From assembly GCA_028279245.1 (NCBI GenBank), contig JANQOE010000059.1, forward strand, positions 236-64,235: a DNA stretch of 64,000 nt. The letters run 5' to 3'. Below are positions 19,397-26,617 of this stretch, piece by piece. Source of the DNA: Alphaproteobacteria bacterium (GTDB taxonomy: Bacteria; Pseudomonadota; Alphaproteobacteria; UBA6615). A program made the position numbers and the translations under genes. A model generated the notes under the pieces. It did no database searches, was not told the DNA's origin, and saw only the letters and a list, made by a program, of their open reading frames with translations. The stretch's first letter is position 1, and each line of letters begins with the position of its first letter.

Positions 19397-20371
19397 ATGC
19401 TGGAGCCCGGGGATCGTGCGCCACAGTTCCTGTTGAAGGATCAGCAAGGACACGCCAAAAGCCCAGTCGAGAACCGCGTCGCCGGGAAACCGCTCGTCCT
19501 CCTCTTCACGGGCGGTTCCGGCAGCACGTTTGCGGAATTCGCTAAACAAGCGGACGCTTTTGCTGACGCCGACGCGACCCTCTTTGTCATAGGTCACGGC
19601 AATCGTGGCACGCCGGACGATGCCCTGCAGAACCTCACTGACCGGGACGGGGCGACGCATGCCAAGTACGGCTGCAATGAGCCGAGCGTGTGCATCCTCG
19701 ACCTCGACGCCCGTATCCTCGACATCTTTCCGGCGTCCGGCAGCCAGGCCGACGTCGACCGAGCGTTGCGGGGCGTCGACGCCGCACTGAAAGTCGCGCC
19801 GGACGGGACACTGTCCATGCACGCACCGGTCCTGGTCATCCCTCGCGTCCTCGACCCAGCGGGTTGCCAGCGTGTGATCGAGGCATGGGAACATCTGGAC
19901 CGCGAACCCATTGAAGCCCGTGGTGCCCGCCGCAACGAAGCGTCGCACGCCTTCTTCGACGCCTACGGCAACGTCCGCCAGCACGTACCGCGCGACCCGG
20001 CCTTATTGGCGTATTTGGACGAACGGCTACCCCGGCGGCTCGGACTGGAAATACGCAAGGCATTCCAGACCGGTATTTCGCGGCGCGAGGATTATCGCAT
20101 CGCCTGCTACGAAGGCGCACTGGGCGGCAGCCTGGGTCCACACCGTGACAACATGACGGAAGCGACCAAACATCGCCGTTTTACCGCTTCCATACAGTTG
20201 AATACCGACGACTACACCGGGGGCGAACTTCGGTTCCCTGAATACGGACGCCAACTCTATCGCGGCGCGCCTGGCACGGCAGTCGTCTTCTCTGCATCCC
20301 TGCTCCACGAAGTCTTGCCGGTCACCGAAGGGCGCCGCTTCATGCTCGGCACCCACCTGTTCGGCGACTAA
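19397..20371 (+). CDS. Redoxin-like (Cys-less) N-terminal domain fused to a prolyl-4-hydroxylase-type 2OG-Fe(II) oxygenase
   Basis: The N-terminus GDRAPQFLLKDQQG...GKPLVLLFTGGSGSTFAE aligns by eye with the BCP/AhpC pattern but lacks the peroxidatic Cys. The C-terminus has HRD...H facial-triad context (GPHRDN, LLHEV) and RFML. Confidence 0.75.
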   Translation: MLEPGDRAPQFLLKDQQGHAKSPVENRVAGKPLVLLFTGGSGSTFAEFAKQADAFADADATLFVIGHGNRGTPDDALQNLTDRDGATHAKYGCNEPSVCILDLDARILDIFPASGSQADVDRALRGVDAALKVAPDGTLSMHAPVLVIPRVLDPAGCQRVIEAWEHLDREPIEARGARRNEASHAFFDAYGNVRQHVPRDPALLAYLDERLPRRLGLEIRKAFQTGISRREDYRIACYEGALGGSLGPHRDNMTEATKHRRFTASIQLNTDDYTGGELRFPEYGRQLYRGAPGTAVVFSASLLHEVLPVTEGRRFMLGTHLFGD

Positions 20372-21060
20372 CCGAGACGAGCCGCCGCGCGCTTCGCCCG
20401 CTCACGTCGCTGCGCAAGAAAAGGCTCCATCCCGGTCCACAGCTTGTCGACCACCTGCGGCGGCGCGGTGTCCGGCGACCCCGCATCGAACGGCGGCGCC
20501 GGCGCATACTCAAGGGACAACTGCCGCATCTGGGCACTCTCGGCACCGCGGATCCGCGCTACCACCTCGAGCGCGAAGTCGATCCCAGCCGTCACCCCGC
20601 CGCCGGTTATCAAATTCCCGTCGACAACAACCCGGCCCTCATCCGGGATCCCGCCAAAGGTCGCGATCATCTCCCGGGACGCCCAATGACTAGCCGCGCG
20701 CCGCCCGCGCAGCAGGCCGGCAGCGCCGAGGATCAGGGAACCGGTACAGACCGAAGTCACATACTGCGCTTTTGCGGCCGCTTCCCGCACGAACCCCAGC
20801 GTGTCTTCATCCTCGTAGGCATCGGCTTCGCCCGGCCCGCCCGGAACGCACAGCAGATCCAACTGCGGTGCTGACGCAAACGTCGCGGTTGGCACCAAGG
20901 CGACGCCGCTGCTGTCGGCCACGGGTGCGGTTGTTTTGGCGATCAGATGGGTCTCGAAACCCGGCGCGCGCTCGAAGACCTGATAGGGACCTATCAGGTC
21001 CAGCAAAGTCAGCCGCGGAAACAGCAATAACCCGACAACAAACGGCTTGTCGTCCATCAC
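20368..21060 (-). CDS. DJ-1/PfpI family protein (isocyanide-hydratase-like)
   Basis: Nucleophile elbow SVCTGSLILGAAGLL and GG(V/I)TAGID. Convergent 4-nt overlap with the upstream gene. Confidence 0.8.
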   Translation of the reverse strand: MMDDKPFVVGLLLFPRLTLLDLIGPYQVFERAPGFETHLIAKTTAPVADSSGVALVPTATFASAPQLDLLCVPGGPGEADAYEDEDTLGFVREAAAKAQYVTSVCTGSLILGAAGLLRGRRAASHWASREMIATFGGIPDEGRVVVDGNLITGGGVTAGIDFALEVVARIRGAESAQMRQLSLEYAPAPPFDAGSPDTAPPQVVDKLWTGMEPFLAQRRERAKRAAARLG

Positions 21061-21120
21061 ACCTCACCCGAACGAAGCGGACGAGGCTAACACGCCAAAG
21101 AGATTGAGGCGAACGCGCTC

Positions 21121-22254
21121 TTAGTGGACTGGGCTTGCCGTGACCGATGCGCCGGCGGCAGCAAGTTCGTTGATCTTGTCGAGCAAGTACTCGACATTCT
21201 CGGCGTCGAAATTCGTGCTCGGTTCCTCGAACTGGGTCATCACCCGCTCGATCATCCGCCGGGAATACCGCGCCCGGTCATTCTCATCACCATCATAATC
21301 GGTCTCGTGGGCGACATCGATCGCGGCACGGGCGATCGGGAACAGCTTGTCCGACAGATCGGCCTTCCGATAGATCGCCTTCAAGCCGAGCGGCCCCTCG
21401 TCATGGATCAACAGGCGGGCGTTATCGATCGGCACATCAGCCTTGTGGGCCAGCGCAAACTCGAAGAACGGCAGGTCGCCCATGCAGATGGCCCGAATGA
21501 TAATGGAGCCGGTTAGACGGCCGTTTTTCGCCAACGCATCCACCAACTCCCCAGCGGTCTCCATCGACGACAAAGTCATGATGGCCCGCTCGCGGGTCTT
21601 TAGCAGCAAATCGGTCCGCAAGCTTTCCGGCAACTCATGGTGCGTCATCAGATGATCGCAAAGACGCTCGGAGACCAGCGTGACGAGTTGTTCCGCCACA
21701 GCGACCGGCAGACGCTTCCGGTAGACCATTGGCGTTTTGACCCGGTCACTGTCCTGGAACTCCTCCAGCACTTTCTCGAACGTGGATTCCCGAATCTCCG
21801 CGCCGTCGTTGGCGACCAACTCCGCGACCACGTCTTCGTTGCGGGTTTCCACCAGCGCATCGGCGACGTCAGCCGAAACCGACTCCCGGCGCGCAATCGC
21901 AACCTGCTTCTTCGGATCGTTCGCGCCGATGACTTCCAGCAGATCCTCATCCGTCAACACTTGGGAGAACTGCAGGATCGGCAGCGCCACCTCGGCGGCA
22001 TCGGCCGCGAGGGACAGTGCGATATCGTGGGGCACCGCTTCGCTTTGTTTGAGGCTCTCGGCCAGCGCCGCACGGACTTCCACAGCAGCGTCATGCACGA
22101 ACTGACGGCAAACATCGTTCGCCAATTCGCGCTCGTTGGTGCTGAGGGAGGAATCGAGACTTCCCGCAACCTTTGCAGCTGTTGCCGCCCGGACATCGTC
22201 CGATCGGTCCTTGGTCAGCCGCTCGACGTCTTCTCTGCTCAGACCGACACTCAT
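21121..22254 (-). CDS. Conserved alpha-helical repeat protein of unknown function (DUF2336-like)
   Basis: 377 aa, acidic, Ala/Leu/Asp-rich helical repeats with N-terminal DDVRAATAAKVA and later repeats of similar pattern. The family name is from memory only. Confidence 0.7.
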   Translation of the reverse strand: MSVGLSREDVERLTKDRSDDVRAATAAKVAGSLDSSLSTNERELANDVCRQFVHDAAVEVRAALAESLKQSEAVPHDIALSLAADAAEVALPILQFSQVLTDEDLLEVIGANDPKKQVAIARRESVSADVADALVETRNEDVVAELVANDGAEIRESTFEKVLEEFQDSDRVKTPMVYRKRLPVAVAEQLVTLVSERLCDHLMTHHELPESLRTDLLLKTRERAIMTLSSMETAGELVDALAKNGRLTGSIIIRAICMGDLPFFEFALAHKADVPIDNARLLIHDEGPLGLKAIYRKADLSDKLFPIARAAIDVAHETDYDGDENDRARYSRRMIERVMTQFEEPSTNFDAENVEYLLDKINELAAAGASVTASPVH

Positions 22255-22331
22255 TCCCCTGCTCCTAACACCTACTCGGAAGCAGTAGAATTATTGGCTG
22301 ACTACGGTTAACCCGCCGTTAAATCAGCCTC

Positions 22332-23075
22332 TCACCCATAGCGGTGCAGATCATGCCCGCGCTGTGCCAACCAGCGCTCCGCCTTGGCGACATGGGGACA
22401 GAGCGCCCGGACCGTCCGGCGGAAGCCTGGCCCGTGTCCAAATTCGGCCAAATGGGTCACTTCATGGGCTGCCATGTAGTCCAGGACATAGGCCGGCGCC
22501 ATCACCAGGCGCCAGGAAAACGATAGGTTTCCACTCCGCGTACAACTGCCCCACTGGCTCTTCGGGTCGCGGATGGCAATTCGGCGAATGGGCCGCCCGA
22601 GCTCAGCGGCATAGCGTTCAGCATGCGCCGACAGAGACAACCTGGCGCGGTGCCGCAACCAGGATTGCAAACGCCCGGACAGTCCGACTGCCGTGCCGCC
22701 AATCAGCAAGGTGCCATCGCCCTGCCAGACACCGCCGCATGCCTCGTCGCTGTGCACAATCTCGTGCGGCTCACCGTGGAACGGAATGATGCTCCCGTCG
22801 GCAAACGGTACTCTGGCAGGGCGGCGCGCCAATTGCTTCTTGAGCCAGCGCTCGCGACTGCGGGCAAAGCGTACACCGTCGGCCCAGTCCGCCTCCGATG
22901 GTAAGACCAGCGTCGCCACATCACTGACGGCATCGACACGCAAGCTGATCCGCTTCGCACGGCGATTGACCCGCACCGCAAGTCGAAGGTCGAGGCCCGG
23001 CACTTCCACCAGTTGCGAAGTACGTCGCGAAACGCGCTGCATGGCCTGATTATCGTCGAGTCGTAGGTATGTCAC
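22332..23075 (-). CDS. YgjP-like (DUF45) zinc metallohydrolase
   Basis: 247 aa with C-terminal HExxH in AAHEVTHLAEFGHGPGF and upstream SQWGSC, typical of this family. Confidence 0.75.
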   Translation of the reverse strand: MTYLRLDDNQAMQRVSRRTSQLVEVPGLDLRLAVRVNRRAKRISLRVDAVSDVATLVLPSEADWADGVRFARSRERWLKKQLARRPARVPFADGSIIPFHGEPHEIVHSDEACGGVWQGDGTLLIGGTAVGLSGRLQSWLRHRARLSLSAHAERYAAELGRPIRRIAIRDPKSQWGSCTRSGNLSFSWRLVMAPAYVLDYMAAHEVTHLAEFGHGPGFRRTVRALCPHVAKAERWLAQRGHDLHRYG

Positions 23076-23176
23076 CTACGCTTTTTTGCAGGCAACCCGA
23101 CGTCAATTCCACAGAAGAATGTGATGCCCCACAACGCCCCTTGCGCTAACCTTCCGCTCGGGGGAAGGAGAAACGA

Positions 23177-23635
23177 ATGAGCAACCGCCAGATACCGAGC
23201 ATCGCGCCGCGTCGGATCGTCGATCTACCGCCAACGAAGACGCCACGTGAGCGGCCGCCAACGCCCATCCAGTCCGCCGAAACCGAGTTGCGGGTTGGCC
23301 GCAACATCAAACTGAAGGGCGAGATCGATCAATGCGCTGTCTTGACGGTTGAAGGCAAGGTCGAAGCCGCCTTCAGCGGCCGCCTCATCAACGTCACGGA
23401 GCACGGCCAGCTTACCGGCACCTGTGAGGTCGAAACAGCCGAGATCCGCGGTGTGTTCGACGGCGAACTTACGGTCACCAAGATACTGCGGATCCACGAG
23501 CGCGGCCGCGTTAACGGTACAATCCGCTATGGTCGGTTGGAAATCGTTGGCGGTGGCACAATTGCCGGGGAGGTCGAAGCCTTGTCGACGGCAAATACGG
23601 CCCGGCCACCGGTCTCAGCATCCACCGGCCGTTAG
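23177..23635 (+). CDS. Bactofilin family protein, non-canonical N-terminus
   Basis: ATG follows GGAAGGAG. The central ~100 aa show the bactofilin beta-helix periodicity (VLTVEGKVEAAFSGRLINVTEHGQLTGTCEVETAEIRGVFDGELTV...VNGTIRYGRLEIVGGGTIAGEVE). Pro/Arg-rich N-tail with no MFSK-type motif. Confidence 0.8.
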   Translation: MSNRQIPSIAPRRIVDLPPTKTPRERPPTPIQSAETELRVGRNIKLKGEIDQCAVLTVEGKVEAAFSGRLINVTEHGQLTGTCEVETAEIRGVFDGELTVTKILRIHERGRVNGTIRYGRLEIVGGGTIAGEVEALSTANTARPPVSASTGR

Positions 23636-23663
23636 GAAGCAGCGCAAACCGAGGTACACCGAT

Positions 23664-23719
23664 CGGCCACATGCATACGTCTTATTGAGCCGAATTGTTC
23701 GTTCACACGGATGTGGCCG
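23664..23719. promoter_or_regulatory. Dyad-symmetric element upstream of the ParA-like gene
   Basis: 9-bp inverted repeat CGGCCACAT (23664-23672) / ATGTGGCCG (23711-23719). It encloses an AT-richer 38 nt containing ATGCAT and the near-palindrome CGAAttgTTCG (23691-23701). Confidence 0.35.
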
Positions 23720-23751
23720 CTCGGTAGGTTCTTCGCGCAAGGGGCGCCGGC

Positions 23752-24396
23752 GTGGCAACTGTACTTACTGTCGCAAACCTGAAGGGTGGAGTTGGCAAGA
23801 CGACTGTTGCCGTCAACCTCGCCTGCGAAATGCACGCACGCGGTTTCAGCGTCGCCGTTATCGACGCCGACACCCAGGGCTCGGCGACCCACTGGCTAAA
23901 TTCGGGCGACTTCGACATCGATCACGATCACATGCCCCTCGACGGCGCCCAGGGCGTGCGGCGGTGGATCCGCCGGGTCCTCGCCAAGGAAGTCGACCTC
24001 ATCGTTATCGATTGTCCGCCCCACTTGCAGGCCGTGACCGAAGCGGCCGTTGGCATTGCTGATATCGTCATTATCCCCGTTACTGCATCCGGTGCGGACT
24101 TGATCGCCACCGCCCGCGCCGTGGAACTCGTGCACCTGGCCCGCCGGAAACGACGGAACGGCGCGCCGGACTGCATCTTGATCCCGTCGAAGATCGACGT
24201 GCGCACCCTGGCCGGCCGCGAGATCACCGATGCCCTTACACAATTGGGCGAGCCGATCGGGCCGATGGTTCGTCAGCGAACCGCCTTCGTCGACAGTTTC
24301 TCCACCGGACAGTGGATTGGCGAGTATGCTAGACGCAGCGCCGCCAGAGACGATATTGCCGCGTTGGGAGAAGCCGTTTTGACAAGGGTCCTTTGA
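23752..24396 (+). CDS. Small ParA/ParF-type deviant Walker ATPase
   Basis: 214 aa with a GTG start. Deviant Walker A with signature lysine NLKGGVGKTT, then VIDADTQG and Walker B LIVIDCPP. Its size matches type Ib plasmid ParA/ParF and it has no N-terminal HTH. Confidence 0.85.
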   Translation: MATVLTVANLKGGVGKTTVAVNLACEMHARGFSVAVIDADTQGSATHWLNSGDFDIDHDHMPLDGAQGVRRWIRRVLAKEVDLIVIDCPPHLQAVTEAAVGIADIVIIPVTASGADLIATARAVELVHLARRKRRNGAPDCILIPSKIDVRTLAGREITDALTQLGEPIGPMVRQRTAFVDSFSTGQWIGEYARRSAARDDIAALGEAVLTRVL

Positions 24397-24671
24397 TGGC
24401 ACGACGCCGCTCGGTCAGCACCGTGCTTGATACGGCCGCACAAGCGAAGACCACGGGTGAACTCCACACCGAGGCACCAGACTCCCGAACGACCGGCATC
24501 AACGTGCCCGCGGATGTCCACGCGCTGCTGCGCGCCGTCGCCTTCAAGCGCGCGAAGGAACAAGGCGGCAGAGCTTCGGTGAGCGCCGTGTTGGTCGAAC
24601 TCGTGCGGCAGAACGAAAAGCAGCTGCGGCGCGAGGCGGGCCGCTATCTCGATTTGATCGACTTGCTCTGA
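24396..24671 (+). CDS. Small ParA partner, probable ribbon-helix-helix DNA-binding protein (ParG-like architecture)
   Basis: 91 aa. Its ATG overlaps the ParA stop by 1 nt (TGATG). Arg/Thr/Ala-rich N-tail, then a beta-strand-like GINVPADV followed by two helices, HALLRAVAFKRAKEQ and SVSAVLVELVRQNEKQL. Confidence 0.6.
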   Translation: MARRRSVSTVLDTAAQAKTTGELHTEAPDSRTTGINVPADVHALLRAVAFKRAKEQGGRASVSAVLVELVRQNEKQLRREAGRYLDLIDLL

Positions 24672-24677
24672 CAAACA

Positions 24678-24698
24678 ACAATTGTGAATTGCCAATTC
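24678..24698. repeat. Two abutting AATTG-core palindromes immediately after the RHH-like gene
   Basis: ACAATTGT (24678-24685) followed directly by the perfect 13-bp palindrome GAATTGcCAATTC (24686-24698), 7 nt after the stop at 24671. Confidence 0.6.
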
Positions 24699-25015
24699 CG
24701 GCGGTCCCGTTGACTGGGTTCCATTGTCGGAGCCGGCGAAGACATGGGCTTGTCCACAACACCGCGAGGATCGCCTCAGTTTGGCCTACCGGCCGGCGTT
24801 CCGCGGCGTCATTTGCCAGGTCCGTGAAAAAACCAACGCCAACTCTCGCTTTCACTCGTTTGCCTATATTTTAATCAATCACTTAAGCGGCTTGAGGAAC
24901 CGCCCTCTTTGGCCGCGCGACCTCGGATTCTGCACAGAGTTACGCACAGGATTGGTGGATACATTTACAGGTCAAGCGACAGATACGGAGCACACAGCGC
25001 AGGCGTTCTGACAAT

Positions 25016-25027
25016 TAACAATTGTTA
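25016..25027. repeat. 12-bp perfect palindrome TAACAATTGTTA upstream of the second bactofilin gene
   Basis: Self-complementary TAACAATTGTTA lies 124 nt upstream of ATG 25151 and shares the ACAATTGT core with 24678-24685. Confidence 0.6.
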
Positions 25028-25150
25028 GTAAAGCCTGTCCGCACGAGGCACTGCGCCCAGCAGGCAGCGCCCCTTTACCATCCTTTAAGCCTACCGCTCA
25101 AAAATCGGACGGCTGCCAACGGCGCGCCGCAATCATTCTTTGGATGGATC

Positions 25151-25573
25151 ATGTTTTCACGCAACGACCCGCCACAGCCGGCAAAAGCAGACAAGGCAAA
25201 AGCACCCACCCCAGGTCCGACCAAGCGCTCCTACATCGGTCCGGATGTTTCGATCCAAGGGAACCTGTCATGCGCCGCCGATCTGCAGTTCGACGGAACC
25301 ATTGATGGCGACCTCGACTGCCTCAACCTTACCGTCGGCGACCGCGCCACTATCGTTGGTAAGGTGCGCGTCACCAGCCTGACCTTGAACGGATCGATCT
25401 CCGGCTTCGTCGATGCACAGAGCGTCCATCTCGGTGCCAACGCCAAGCTGGATGGCGATATCGCCTACAACAGCTTGGCCATCGACGAAGGCGCAATGTT
25501 TGAGGGCAACCTCCGCCGGCGTTCGTCCGCGTCAACTGACGACAAGGTCACAGTCCTACACCGTCAGCAGTAG
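25151..25573 (+). CDS. Bactofilin (BacA-like) with N-terminal MFSR membrane-targeting-type motif
   Basis: 140 aa from ATG 25151; the track TTG at 25022 adds a non-conserved extension. Starts MFSRNDPP, close to the conserved bactofilin MFSK-type N-terminus. Bactofilin core IQGNLSCAADLQFDGTIDGDLDCLNLTVGDRATIVGKVRVTSLTLNGSISGFVDAQSVHLGANAKLDGDIAYNSLAIDEGAMFEGN. Confidence 0.85.
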   Translation: MFSRNDPPQPAKADKAKAPTPGPTKRSYIGPDVSIQGNLSCAADLQFDGTIDGDLDCLNLTVGDRATIVGKVRVTSLTLNGSISGFVDAQSVHLGANAKLDGDIAYNSLAIDEGAMFEGNLRRRSSASTDDKVTVLHRQQ

Positions 25574-25576
25574 CGC

Positions 25577-25599
25577 GAGGAGATCGAACCGATCTCCTC
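25577..25599 (+). promoter_or_regulatory. Perfect 10-bp hairpin pairing an SD-like GAGGAG with CTCCTC directly before the M23 start codon
   Basis: GAGGAGATCG (25577-25586), loop AAC, CGATCTCCTC (25590-25599). ATG follows at 25600 and the bactofilin stop is at 25573. Confidence 0.55.
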
Positions 25600-26616
25600 A
25601 TGTCCAAGGAGCATCCCCTTAAGGCCGCCGCCCGAAGGCATTGGCGGAACTGGCAGCGCAGCGTCGCGCAGCGAAACGCACGGCTCCAGCAATACTTGGA
25701 TCATGTCTTTCGCGAGCGGCAACTGCTGCTGCGGACCGATGGCCGCGTTCATTACGTCTTCCTTACGCCAAAGCTACAGAAGGTTTCTGCCGGGATCGTC
25801 GCGGGCATAGCTCTCGTCGCCTTCGTCATGGGCCTGCGTTTGGCCTATCAGTCCTATTTGGTCCACCGTGGCGAGGCGCAGATCGCAGAGTTGCAGGCGG
25901 AAAATGTCGAGATGGCGACTGCGCTCGCCAGCGCGGCGGAACTAAGAAAGACCGAGGAGCGGGTCGCTAACAGCGTCCGCGAGCTCGGCGAAAACCTCAT
26001 GCAGGACGTACAGCGCGTGACGAAGGGCCTCGAGCAAGCCGGCGTCCGTGCGTCCGACCTGCTGCCCCGCGAGTTGGCCGGTCTGATCAGCGACGACATC
26101 ACGCCCGCCGCCCGTCGAACAAACTACGCTGAGTACGCCCGCGACCTGGAACGGCTTGAGGACACGCTGGCAGCCTGGACCGCTTTCCGGACCGTAGTAC
26201 AGGCGATCCCACTTGCCCGGCCCGTCGACGACGGCCGACTCACCAGCCCTTACGGATACCGGAAACACCCGGTCACCGGACGACGTTCGCTGCACCGCGG
26301 CGTCGATATCTCAGGTCCACAGCGGACACCAATCTTCGCCCCGGCCCCGGGTGTCGTGACCTTTGTCGGAACCAAGGGCTCGTTCGGCAAGTTCATCGAG
26401 ATCGATCACGGACGCGGCTTCAAGACCCGTTACGGGCACCTGCACAAAATCCTCGTCCGGCGCGGCCAACGCATCGTCTATCGCCAGCGGGTGGCGCAAG
26501 TCGGCTCGACGGGCCGTTCCACCGGTCCGCACGTCCACTACGAGATCCTCTATCGCGGCCGGCACCTCAACCCGGAAGAGCTGTTCGCCGCCGGCCACAA
26601 CATCCTCCGCCGCTAA
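25600..26616 (+). CDS. Membrane-anchored coiled-coil M23 (LytM) metallopeptidase, LmdC-like architecture
   Basis: Basic cytoplasmic N-tail, one TM segment (VSAGIVAGIALVAFVMGL) and a coiled-coil-like stretch (AQIAELQAENVEMATALASAAELRKTEERV). The C-terminal M23 domain has intact HxxxD (HRGVD) and HxH (PHVHYE). Confidence 0.85.
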   Translation: MSKEHPLKAAARRHWRNWQRSVAQRNARLQQYLDHVFRERQLLLRTDGRVHYVFLTPKLQKVSAGIVAGIALVAFVMGLRLAYQSYLVHRGEAQIAELQAENVEMATALASAAELRKTEERVANSVRELGENLMQDVQRVTKGLEQAGVRASDLLPRELAGLISDDITPAARRTNYAEYARDLERLEDTLAAWTAFRTVVQAIPLARPVDDGRLTSPYGYRKHPVTGRRSLHRGVDISGPQRTPIFAPAPGVVTFVGTKGSFGKFIEIDHGRGFKTRYGHLHKILVRRGQRIVYRQRVAQVGSTGRSTGPHVHYEILYRGRHLNPEELFAAGHNILRR

Positions 26617-26617
26617 C

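Noticed and set aside
23752-24671. ParA/partner pair as evidence of an integrated plasmid or other mobile element
   Set aside because: No integrase, transposase, replication, conjugation or TA genes occur anywhere in the window. I also see no flanking direct repeats or tRNA, and both sides are ordinary chromosomal genes. The mobile-element reading is not supported from sequence alone.
24724-25011. 95-aa plus-strand ORF inside the AT-enriched gap of the bactofilin cluster
   Set aside because: It has no SD, odd composition, no third-position GC bias like neighbouring genes, and no motif. I treat the region as non-coding or regulatory.
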